The translations under genes and the position numbers were made by a program. From a bacterium (lineage in GTDB: Bacteria; RBG-13-61-14; DATKZS01): a stretch of 64,000 nt of DNA. The stretch covers positions 128,001 through 192,000 of the forward strand of contig CAXXFL010000006.1 of NCBI GenBank assembly GCA_963674965.2, in the 5' to 3' direction. Position 1 is the stretch's first letter. Each line of letters starts with the position of its first letter. The notes below the pieces were generated by a model. The model saw only the letters and a program-made list of their open reading frames with translations, was not told the DNA's origin and did no database searches. Shown piece after piece: positions 40,000 through 48,770 of this stretch.

Positions 40000-40641
40000 T
40001 CAGGCCATGCCCAGTATCTGCTTGCCCGTGTCCACGGCCATGGCCGCGTTGGCGCCATAGGCGTCGGCCCCTATCTGCTCGGCGTAATCGGCCGTGACGG
40101 GGGCCCCGCCCACCATGACCTTGACCTGGTCCCTGATGCCGGCCTCCTTGAGCGCGTTGATGACCTTGCCCATCTGGGGCATGGTGGTGGTTAAAAGAGC
40201 GGACATGGCCAGGATATCGGGCTTGTGTTCCTTGACTGCGTTGACGAAGACGTCCACCTCGAGGTCGATCCCCAGGTTATGGACCTCGAAGCCCGCTCCC
40301 TCGAACATCATGGAAACCAGGTTCTTGCCGATGTCGTGCAGGTCTCCCTTTACCGTGCCGATGACCATGGTGCCCGCGCTGGGGGCGCCGGTCTCGGCCA
40401 GGAGCGGCCTCAGTATCTCCATGGCCCCGCCCATGGCCTTGGCGCAGCGCATGACCTCGGGGATAAACATCTCGCCCACCTTGAAGCGCTGGCCCACGAC
40501 GCCCATGCCCGCCAGAAGACCGTTGGAAAGTATCTCGGCGGGGTCCTTGCCCTCGTCCACCACTTCCTGGGTGAGTTTCTTAAGCTCGTCAACCTTGCCC
40601 TGTATGAGAGACTCGGCCATGATTCCGTACTTTTCCGACAT
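40000..40641 (-). CDS. Corrinoid (B12-binding) protein, MttC/MtgC-like
   Basis: GEMFIPEV cap domain, GTVKGDLHDIGKNLV (DxHxxG), SALLTTT, MVGGAPV. Confidence 0.95.
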   Translation of the reverse strand: MSEKYGIMAESLIQGKVDELKKLTQEVVDEGKDPAEILSNGLLAGMGVVGQRFKVGEMFIPEVMRCAKAMGGAMEILRPLLAETGAPSAGTMVIGTVKGDLHDIGKNLVSMMFEGAGFEVHNLGIDLEVDVFVNAVKEHKPDILAMSALLTTTMPQMGKVINALKEAGIRDQVKVMVGGAPVTADYAEQIGADAYGANAAMAVDTGKQILGMA

Positions 40642-40905
40642 CGTTTCGTTCCTCCTTGTTGTGCCGTTTAACCACCGCCCGCCTTGAAATGAATTTTCCC
40701 TTTCCCGAGACTTTTTCCGGGAACGCGAAACCGACGGACAACCACGCGTTTATAGTAAATAGATTATACCGTTTAGTGGCCGGGGGCTTTAGAGACAAAG
40801 CGGTCCGCGTGAGCGGGTCGTGAATGGAAAATGTTGGATAAAAATAAAAAACGTTCAGCGACCCGCCCGCTTGACCGCGCCCAAAGCGCAGCCGGCGAAG
40901 TTAAG

Positions 40906-41178
40906 CTACGGGAAGCCGATGTTCCAGAAGTTTTCCATGACGCGGAAACGGGGTTTCGTTATCCGCTCGAGGTTGTCATAGGGGAAAAGGGACACGCTGT
41001 TCTTGGTGGATAGTTTGGAGGCGATCTCCTCCTCGGGAGCGCCAAATCCGGCGGCGATTGAAAAAGACTCGCTTGAAGCCAGCGCCTCAAGCGCGGCTTC
41101 CAAACGACTACTTCGTTCGTGATCGTTAAAGGTCAGGATTAACGGGTCCATATCGTTCGATAGAAAATCTTCCCTCAT
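40906..41178 (-). CDS. Small hypothetical protein
   Basis: ORF with AGGGGG upstream, co-oriented with the betaine operon; no family recognised. Confidence 0.4.
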   Translation of the reverse strand: MREDFLSNDMDPLILTFNDHERSSRLEAALEALASSESFSIAAGFGAPEEEIASKLSTKNSVSLFPYDNLERITKPRFRVMENFWNIGFP

Positions 41179-41654
41179 AACCAACCCCCTTTCTCTAAAT
41201 CGCGGCGGCCAAATTGCTCGTTCAAAACCTTAAGAATAAATCAAACCGCTATTGAATGGTCATACCGCTCAAAAACTCACGCGCTGAAAGCGACTGGAGC
41301 TTAAGATAAGAAGGGCGTCTTAAAAGCCATCAGCTAAGAGAAGACCAAGGCCGAAAAAAAATACAATCGCCCGTTTGGAGGAAGGTTACTCTTTGCGACC
41401 TCAGTCCGAAGCGCCCATGCCTGGAGTACGCCTCCCAATAAGAAACAAGCGATATACTATAAATAGCACATAAGGCGGTTATTGTCAAAAGAAAGTAGCC
41501 ATTTTTAATATTGGAACTCAGTTCGTATCTGGTTTGAATTCTTAATAAATCACGTATTTTCCTATCCAACTTCCTCTAAAAAGTGCTCTTCCCATGACAT
41601 TACGCCGCATTGAACATGAATTTTATTTTAATATCATCGACTGAGACATTATTT

Positions 41655-43088
41655 CTGAACTTTAGAACTTTTTAGCCATGTTCCACCATGTAAAAATAGC
41701 GTTCACCAGTTTTTCCCGTATAATGAGAGGTGTGATCGGCCCTCATAACGCGGGAGTGAACGCTGATGAACGCTCAAGCTCTTATGTTGCCGCTGATGCT
41801 TGTATTTGTCAACTGCTTCTCCAAGCCCGGGTTCGAGCACTTCCAGACCTTCATTATCGCCCACGCGGCGCTGTTCGGTCTCCAGCACTGCGTGACCGAG
41901 GTCATGCGCCTCACCCAAGTCCACCGGGTCATGCACTGGACCACGCCCTACGCTTTCATGCGCAAGGGCCGGTGGTCCTGCCAAAAGGTGAGTCAATGCC
42001 TGCTCGACCTGGTGGCCCAACGACTCAAGATCATGGACGAGATCGTCGTCGCCGTCGACGACACCCTGGTCAAGAAATGGGGCAAGAAGTTCTTCGGTCT
42101 GGGCTATTACCCGGACCCGACGGACAAAAACCCCGGCCATCAAAAGCGCCGGGGGCTCGGCCACTGCTGGGTGGTGATGGCGCTTCTATGGGAGCGCGGG
42201 GGCAAGTGGTTCGCCTTCCCCCTCTCGGCGCTGCTCTTCGTCCAGGAAAAGTTTTGCCCCAAGGGATGGGAGTTCAAAACCAAGATCGAGTTGGCCGCCA
42301 TGATGATAAAAAGGTTCTCCTGGCCCGCTCGGAGACTGGTCCTGGTGGTGGACAACCTCTACGCCAAGGCCAAGTTGGCCGGTCTCGAGTTCGACGGCAA
42401 AGAGGTGGTCCTGATCAGCCGCCTCCGCTCGAACGCGGCGCTCTACGAACTCCCCAAAAGGAAGAATGGTCCGGGAAGGCCGCCCAAGCGCGGCAAGAAG
42501 TTCAGCCCCCAACAACTGTGGTTGAAAAGATCGAAGCGCGAAAAAATCAAGGCCAGGATTTACGGCAAGACCGTTACCATCGAGGCCTTCGTCGGGGTGA
42601 TGGTCCCCAGCGCCACCCTCGGCGACAAGCCGATACTCGTCATCATTTTCCCCCGGCGCTCCGGCAAAAAAATGAACGTGTTTTTCACCACCGACGTCGA
42701 GATGAAGCCGGAGCGGGCGCTGGAAACGTATTCGGGCCGCTGGAAGATCGAGGAGTTGTTCCGGGAGGTGAAGACGGCGGGCGGTTTCGGCGACTATCGC
42801 CAGAGGTCGTTCACGGCCATCAAGCGCCACGCCAACCTCTGCCTGGTCGCCTACGGCCTTTTGGGCCTGCTTGCCCTTTGCGTCCCGGAGGCGGAAAAGA
42901 TCGAGGCCGAACCGTGGTGGGACCCGAGCGGCCCCCCAAGCGTCGGTCGGCTCCGACGCGCTTTCTACAAGGCTTTGCGAATTTCTCCCGCTTTCCATTC
43001 CGACCCCAAACCAGAGGAAATTACGCCCCTCAAGGAGGCTGCTTAATGTCGATACGTGCAAACCAGACTAAAAAGTTCTAAAGTTCAG
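41655..43088 (+). mobile_element. IS701-like insertion sequence (1434 bp)
   Basis: Perfect 21-bp terminal inverted repeats CTGAACTTTAGAACTTTTTAG at 41655-41675 and 43068-43088 enclose a DDE transposase. Confidence 0.9.
41766..43046 (+). CDS. DDE transposase (IS701/IS4-like)
   Basis: AVDDTL, VVDNLY, SRLRSNAALY, GRPPKRG, YSGRWKIEELFREVK. Confidence 0.9.
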   Translation: MNAQALMLPLMLVFVNCFSKPGFEHFQTFIIAHAALFGLQHCVTEVMRLTQVHRVMHWTTPYAFMRKGRWSCQKVSQCLLDLVAQRLKIMDEIVVAVDDTLVKKWGKKFFGLGYYPDPTDKNPGHQKRRGLGHCWVVMALLWERGGKWFAFPLSALLFVQEKFCPKGWEFKTKIELAAMMIKRFSWPARRLVLVVDNLYAKAKLAGLEFDGKEVVLISRLRSNAALYELPKRKNGPGRPPKRGKKFSPQQLWLKRSKREKIKARIYGKTVTIEAFVGVMVPSATLGDKPILVIIFPRRSGKKMNVFFTTDVEMKPERALETYSGRWKIEELFREVKTAGGFGDYRQRSFTAIKRHANLCLVAYGLLGLLALCVPEAEKIEAEPWWDPSGPPSVGRLRRAFYKALRISPAFHSDPKPEEITPLKEAA

Positions 43089-43945
43089 TAAAGGTAAATT
43101 CCAAAAGGGAAATCGATTCGGGCGCGCCGACCAATTCCGAAGCGTTCTCCGGATCGGCCAGGTATTCGTTGAACATGTGATGAATCCAGATATATTTCCC
43201 GATGAATATCCCGGCCAGGCTCGAGACCATCCCGATGACGACCAAAGGTACCCCGCCTCCTCCCGCGACTACGGAAATGGCCATCCCCACCAAAAAGCCC
43301 ACTCCGATGGCGGCGTAGCCGATTTCATAACCGGTGAGGATACCGATAACCGCCCATACAATCCCCGCGATCAGCGCGGCAAACCCGCCCGCTATTACGG
43401 CCTTGATCAGCACGCCGCCGTCGATGTCCGCGGCCTGGCCCGACGCGGCCATGGAATTCGCTTCCATCATCCGCGCGGCGGTCAGGTTGGCGGCCACGTT
43501 CTCGGGAGTCATGGGCAGCGGCGCGCTCCCGGCGCCGTAATCGATAGCGGACGCCGCCTCCCGCTCCGCCTTTCGCGCCATGGCCTTCTCGTACTTGCTC
43601 AGGAATATCCCGCAGCCCGGACACTCATCCTCGCCTTGAGGGACGGCGACGCCGCATTTAGGGCAGGATTTAACGCCGCTCACGGGATCGGCCGCGGCCG
43701 GAGCGGGAGCTTGTCCGGTTTCTCGAATTTTCGCGGCCCCCCCCGATACTTTCCAAAAACGCCTTGGCTTTCTGGGCCGCCTGCATGTCGCCCACCGAGT
43801 AAACCACGCAACCCGGACCGCTGATCTTCGCTCGAGCCTGCTCGGGGCTTATCTTGTACGCGGCCGCGAATTTTTCCACGATTTGTCGTTCATCGTTTCC
43901 GGTCCCGGGCGCCGGTCCGTTGTAAACCACTTCATACTTGGCCAT
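43078..43945 (-). pseudogene. Zn-ribbon membrane protein, frameshifted at a G8 tract and truncated by the IS
   Basis: GAGGAGG RBS and ATG at 43945. G7 instead of G8 (43737-43744) would join MAKYEVV...ESIGG to AAKIRETG...CPKCG...CPGCG plus TM helices. The stop codon lies inside the IS inverted repeat. Confidence 0.75.
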
Positions 43946-44060
43946 GTGTCCTCCTCGGATCAAGAATTAAGACGGACGGTATATTACAAAACTTTGAAAG
44001 GACATGCAAGACGCAATAGATAACGTCCATGGCTTGCCCAGCGTCCGGGCAAAAAGTTTA

Positions 44061-44089
44061 TTGACATTCTCCAATCTCGCCTGTATAAT
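44061..44089 (+). promoter_or_regulatory. Consensus sigma70 promoter upstream of the asd leader
   Basis: TTGACA-17 bp-TATAAT. Confidence 0.85.
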
Positions 44090-44108
44090 TTTTCGCTGGA
44101 AGAACGAA

Positions 44109-44174
44109 ATGGAAGCATATTATTATAGAAAGACCACGAAGAGCGTCGCCCGGGGAGTCGGGCGAAAGCGCTGA
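44109..44174 (+). CDS. Candidate attenuator leader peptide MEAYYYRKTTKSVARGVGRKR
   Basis: 21-codon ORF between the promoter and the leader terminator; overlaps the antiterminator arm. Confidence 0.55.
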   Translation: MEAYYYRKTTKSVARGVGRKR

Positions 44175-44198
44175 GACGCGCTCCTTTTGACTCACCGG

Positions 44199-44225
44199 GC
44201 CGCCTTGAAAGGGCGGCTTTTTTTT
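44199..44225 (+). terminator. Intrinsic terminator (attenuator) in the asd leader
   Basis: GCCGCCT-TGAAA-GGGCGGC followed by T8. Confidence 0.85.
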
Positions 44226-44290
44226 AGGCTTGATTACGCCGGCGCTTGGCGGGCGGTCAATATAGACAAAGTTATTTTAGGAGGCAACAC

Positions 44291-45319
44291 ATGGCGGCGA
44301 AGAGAGGTTACAGGGTAATAGTGGTCGGCATCGGCATGGTCGGCTCGAAGATGGTCGAGGTCTTAAACGAGAGCAGGAAGCTCCCGGTCAAGGAGATCAA
44401 GATACTCGCCACCCGCGAGCGTTACGAGATGGTGGCGGGCAGGAAATACCTCGTCAAGAAGGCCGACGTCAAGGAGTTCGACGGTTTCGACCTGGCTTTC
44501 TTCGCCGGCACGGAGGGGGCCTCGGGCGCCTCGAAGGTCTATGGCTGGGAGGCGGTCAAGCGCGGCGTGGTGGTGATCGACAACGGCAAGGACTATCGCA
44601 TGGACAAGCGGGTCCCGCTGGTGGTCCCCGAGGTCAACGCGGAGCACCTCAAGGACCACAAGGGCTTCATCGCCAACCCCAACTGCTCGACCATCCAGGC
44701 CATGGTGGCCCTGGGTCCCATTCACGAGAAGGCCGTGATTAAGAGGATGGTCTGCTCGACCTACCAGGCCGTGTCCGGCTCGGGGTCCAAGGCGGCGGCG
44801 GAGCTCATCGCCCAGACCAAGGCCTTTGCAGCCGGCCGGAAGCCCAAGGCCGAGGCCTACCCGGTCCAGATAGTGGGCAACGTTATCCCCCAGATATCCA
44901 AGCTGACCGACGAGATGCCGGGCTACTATGAGGAGGAGGTCAAGATGCAGCGGGAATCCCGCAAGATTCTGGGCTCTCCCCGCCTCAAAGTGAGCGCCAC
45001 CTGCATTCGGGTGCCGGTGCTTAACGCCCATACCGAGTCGATCAACGTGCAAACCAGGGACAAGCTCACGGCCGCGGACGTAAGGTCCATCTTGCGCAAG
45101 GCCCCCGGCGTTACGGTCATGGACCAGCCGGAAAAGGGCGTATGGCCCTACCCGCTACTGGTGGACGGCCAGAACGACGTCTACGTGGGCAGGATCAGGG
45201 AGGACCTTTCGGCCAAGAACTGCATCGACATGGTGGTGGTGGGCGACAACATCCGGAAGGGGGCCGCCCTCAACGCGGTGCAGATAGCCGAGAAGATGCG
45301 GCAGATGAAGCTCATCTAG
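44291..45319 (+). CDS. asd: Aspartate-semialdehyde dehydrogenase
   Basis: VPLVVPEVN, IANPNCSTIQ, STYQAVSGSG, SATCIRVPV, GDNIRKGAALNAVQIAE; AGGAGG RBS. Confidence 0.96.
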   Translation: MAAKRGYRVIVVGIGMVGSKMVEVLNESRKLPVKEIKILATRERYEMVAGRKYLVKKADVKEFDGFDLAFFAGTEGASGASKVYGWEAVKRGVVVIDNGKDYRMDKRVPLVVPEVNAEHLKDHKGFIANPNCSTIQAMVALGPIHEKAVIKRMVCSTYQAVSGSGSKAAAELIAQTKAFAAGRKPKAEAYPVQIVGNVIPQISKLTDEMPGYYEEEVKMQRESRKILGSPRLKVSATCIRVPVLNAHTESINVQTRDKLTAADVRSILRKAPGVTVMDQPEKGVWPYPLLVDGQNDVYVGRIREDLSAKNCIDMVVVGDNIRKGAALNAVQIAEKMRQMKLI

Positions 45320-45361
45320 ACGAACTCGCCCGGCAAAGGGGGAGGGCCCGCCCTCCCTCTT

Positions 45362-46588
45362 TTGCCACGTTTGCCTTTCCGATATATTCTGAAGCCGGGT
45401 TTTGTTTTGCGTAAATTAAAAAGAAAGATTCTGGCCCTTTGCCTTTCCACTATCCTTTCGCTTTTTATTTTGGAGGCGGGGCTGAGGCTCTTTACCAACT
45501 TTCCCATGCATAACACCTGGAAGGCGAAGGTCAAGGACGAGCGTCTCCACCACCGGCACAAGCAAAGCATTCCCGGTATCGACGCTAGAGGCTTTCGCAA
45601 CCCCAAGGTCCTGGACAAGGCCTACCTGGTGGCCCTGGGCGACTCCCATACTTATGGCCACATGGTTCAGCCGGAGGACGCCTGGCCCCGGCAACTCGAG
45701 AAAACCATCGGCCGCGACGTGTACAACTTCGGCATAGGCGGCTACGGCGTGTTCCATTATTACGCTCTTATGGACGACGCCCTGGCCATGGACCCGCAGT
45801 GGATAGTGGTCGGCCTTTTTCTGCACAACGATATCAGGGACATGTGCAGGCTGCTTGACGAGGCCGCCCCCTATTGGCGGAAGGTGGCCGCTGAAAAGGG
45901 GTGGAATCTCAAGGCCGTCAATACGTGCTGTGAGAGGAATAAGACGAAAAAGACGGCGAAGTATTACTTCACCCGTACCGCCGTGGGATCGGCCTTCGAT
46001 TACTACGTCCTGATCAGGCTCAAGTTTAAAATTATCTGGGCCCTCCAGCGAAGACATTACGTCAACAGGGACGAGTTGCCCGGCATACACGTGAACGACG
46101 ATAAAAACAAGACCATTATTACCTATAGCCGCATAAAAGGCTCGGCCCCTTACGTGGACCTCACCAATCCCACCATCGCCGAGCTTTACCAGTTCTCGAA
46201 AAAGCTGTTCGAGGAAATGAACGAAAGAAGCGAGAAAGCGCTCGTGAAATTCGGGGTCGTCTTCCTGCCCAGCAAGGAAGTGGTCTTTTACGATTATATG
46301 GTGGAAAGAGGATACGAGCTTCCCCAGGACTTGCACGACACGGTTAAAAACGAGCTGGAAATGAAGCGGGGACTGATCGAGTTCTTCGACTCGAAAAACA
46401 TACGCTACGTGGACGCCACGCCCTACATGATCGACCTTATTCACGACCCGGGCAATATATATCCGGACTGGGCGGACTGCCACCCCCTCGCCGCCGGCCA
46501 GGCCGGTTACGCCCACGCCGTCCTCGATATGATCTCGCGCGACGAGCCCCAGGCTTTGCCCGAGTTGGACGGACCTTCCAATCCCTAA
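45362..46588 (+). CDS. SGNH/GDSL hydrolase-family membrane-anchored protein
   Basis: LEAGLRLF anchor, GFR, LGDSHTYG, NFGIGGYG, ND, DCHP. Start possibly TTG at 45407. Confidence 0.85.
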   Translation: MPRLPFRYILKPGFVLRKLKRKILALCLSTILSLFILEAGLRLFTNFPMHNTWKAKVKDERLHHRHKQSIPGIDARGFRNPKVLDKAYLVALGDSHTYGHMVQPEDAWPRQLEKTIGRDVYNFGIGGYGVFHYYALMDDALAMDPQWIVVGLFLHNDIRDMCRLLDEAAPYWRKVAAEKGWNLKAVNTCCERNKTKKTAKYYFTRTAVGSAFDYYVLIRLKFKIIWALQRRHYVNRDELPGIHVNDDKNKTIITYSRIKGSAPYVDLTNPTIAELYQFSKKLFEEMNERSEKALVKFGVVFLPSKEVVFYDYMVERGYELPQDLHDTVKNELEMKRGLIEFFDSKNIRYVDATPYMIDLIHDPGNIYPDWADCHPLAAGQAGYAHAVLDMISRDEPQALPELDGPSNP

Positions 46589-47559
46589 TTGGGGACCGGA
46601 GCGTCGCGGCCGCTTAACTTATCGTCCGCCTCGCCGGTCCCATCCTCGCCGTCGATCCCCGGCTCCTCGTCCTTTTCGCCCAGCATCAGGGCCAGGCGCT
46701 CGTCCTTGGCTTTCCACAGGTCGTTGATCCAGATTTGGAACTCCCGCCGGTAGTTCTCGTCCTCGAAGTAGTCGCCCATGATTTCCCCGGTCACGGCCAT
46801 GTCCTCGATATGGACCTTGACGTGGGGCACCTCGCCGGCCAGGAAGCCCCATAACCCCTTGACCCCGCAAGGATAGGCGATGGTCACGTTAAGTATGCGG
46901 TTGATCTGGTCGCCCATGGCCGCCAGAACGTAGGCTATGCCCGCGGCCTTGGGCTGGAGAAGGCGGTCGTAGGGAGACTGGGTCTTATTCTTTTTTTCCT
47001 CGCTGAAGCGCGTGCCCTCCACGAAGTTCATCACCGCCACCGGCAGGGTCTTGAATTTCTCGCAGGCCTTCTTGGTCGTGGCCAGGTCCTGGCCCTTCTT
47101 CTCGGGGTGCTTATCGAGGAATTCCTTGCTGTAGCGCTTCATGAAGGGATAATCGAGCGCCCACCAGGCGAAACCCATGACGGGAACGTAAATAAGCTCC
47201 TTTTTGATGAAGAACTTGAGGAACGGGACCTTGCGGTTGAACACCCGTTGCAGCACCAGGATGTCCGTCCAGGACTGGTGGTTGCTCACCACCAGGTACC
47301 ACTCCTTTTTCGCCAGACCCTCGAGACCCTCGACGTCCCAGCGGATTTTGTTGTGCAGCGCGAAGTTGAAGTTGTTATACGAAATCCAGGTTTCGCTGAT
47401 CTGGATCAGGACCCAGGAGAAAAACTTGCGCGTCGGCCCGATGGGAATGAGCTTGAGAATGGCCACCGGGAAAAAGAACATGAAAATAAAAAGCGTCCCC
47501 ACGACGAGCATCAAAAAGGACGATACCATTTTTACCTTGCCGGGAAGGAAATTAAGCAT
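46585..47559 (-). CDS. yihG: Lysophospholipid acyltransferase (YihG-like)
   Basis: NHQSWTDI, LKFFIKKEL, WWALDYPFMKRY, FVEGTRF, PKAAG. Confidence 0.88.
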   Translation of the reverse strand: MLNFLPGKVKMVSSFLMLVVGTLFIFMFFFPVAILKLIPIGPTRKFFSWVLIQISETWISYNNFNFALHNKIRWDVEGLEGLAKKEWYLVVSNHQSWTDILVLQRVFNRKVPFLKFFIKKELIYVPVMGFAWWALDYPFMKRYSKEFLDKHPEKKGQDLATTKKACEKFKTLPVAVMNFVEGTRFSEEKKNKTQSPYDRLLQPKAAGIAYVLAAMGDQINRILNVTIAYPCGVKGLWGFLAGEVPHVKVHIEDMAVTGEIMGDYFEDENYRREFQIWINDLWKAKDERLALMLGEKDEEPGIDGEDGTGEADDKLSGRDAPVPN

Positions 47560-48149
47560 GTTAAAACGTCTCCTTATAGGCGTTGCTTAAGGAAGCCATC
47601 CAGGGCGGCCCCCCAACGCGAAAAACTCCGATCAGACCTGTAATGATATATCAATCTCAGGAATTCGCAACCTCATGACCAAAAGGTAAATTCCGGTCAG
47701 TATGGAAGCTACAAGCCGATGTAATGGCCATATCCGGGCGCCGAAGGCGTGTGAAAGGGGCGACGGCCCACCGAAAACATATATCGCGATCCAACGGCTG
47801 TCGCCGCGCGGATAGCTCCCGTCCGCGCGGCGCGGGCCTATTGGTTGAATTGATAATTATCCATGAGCCGGACCGCCTCCCCTCGAGCATTTGCGCGATA
47901 AATTGCCGACTGAAATTACTCACCCATAGATATATCTTCATAGCCGTGTAATTTTCTTTATACTATATAAACGGCCATGACTTTTCTCGCGGCAATGGAT
48001 TGTGTTTGTTTTCATGACATTACGCCTGGCCATGAGCCCGGCCCGAAAATTGCTCCCATTTGCATGGGACACGTAAAGGTGGAGAATATTTATCGTGAAA
48101 TGATTGTAAAAGGTTTTTCTTCTGATTATTTTCAAGGCGGTGATTATCG

Positions 48150-48770
48150 ATGAAAGAGTTCAATATTATTATTGTGGTGATAGGGTACTTCATATTAATA
48201 GTATTCACGGGCAGGCACTGCTACACTAATTACGTTAACTACAATCACAAATTTTATCAGGGCGTGGGCATGTCCGCCTTGGAGCTATTGCATGAGAAAC
48301 AGCAGGAATATAAGAAAATTAACGGCAAGTACGCGACGGATTTCAAACCCTTCAACCTGGATAAAATATACCTTCCCTATTACTTGTACGTGATCAATAA
48401 CGATTCATTTTATCCTCAAAACCTTTCGCCCGGCTTTGACCTTCCTCCTTTCCTGTCCAAGGACTTCTCTGGAGATTCATATATCATGTACGCCATAAGG
48501 AATACGGATGCAGACCCGTGTCTGGACATATTCGCGATTATCGAGACCGGAGACGTCTACCACGTCTCCAACGACTCGAAGTGCTCCGATCCTTACAAGC
48601 AAAACAGAAGCGCGGCCGCGAAAAAAAACGGCCGTGAAGTCCTTGGAAAAATAAGGACTTACTCTTCCCCCACTTGTCCCGTCAATAACCCACTATCGTC
48701 ACCGCCGGCGCTTTCTCGATTTCCGGACAATACCTCCCCTTCCCCGACTGGTCGCCGCAGGACGGGATAG
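48150..48770 (+). CDS. Hypothetical AT-rich membrane-anchored protein, pilin-like globular domain
   Basis: N-terminal TM, L..L...Q.EY....GKY and AIRNTDADPCLDIFAI; 3' end overlaps the next gene. Confidence 0.5.
   Translation: MKEFNIIIVVIGYFILIVFTGRHCYTNYVNYNHKFYQGVGMSALELLHEKQQEYKKINGKYATDFKPFNLDKIYLPYYLYVINNDSFYPQNLSPGFDLPPFLSKDFSGDSYIMYAIRNTDADPCLDIFAIIETGDVYHVSNDSKCSDPYKQNRSAAAKKNGREVLGKIRTYSSPTCPVNNPLSSPPALSRFPDNTSPSPTGRRRTG

Noticed and set aside
41281-41340. c-di-AMP (ydaO) riboswitch suggested by GCTGAA...TCAGCTAA near an osmolyte operon
   Set aside because: It is on the wrong strand for the operon, too short, and lacks the other conserved elements.
41678-43081. 467-aa alternative-frame ORF over the transposase
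   Set aside because: Arg/Gly/Pro-rich shadow of a GC-rich coding frame; the DDE motifs are in 41766..43046.
44095-44225. Lysine or SAM riboswitch, or T-box, upstream of asd
   Set aside because: The leader is short for a lysine riboswitch or T-box and I could not find their signature motifs; the leader-peptide model fits better. An Rfam scan is still advisable.
47600-48150. Short ORFs in the AT-rich gap
   Set aside because: No convincing RBS, motif or coding pattern; left unannotated.
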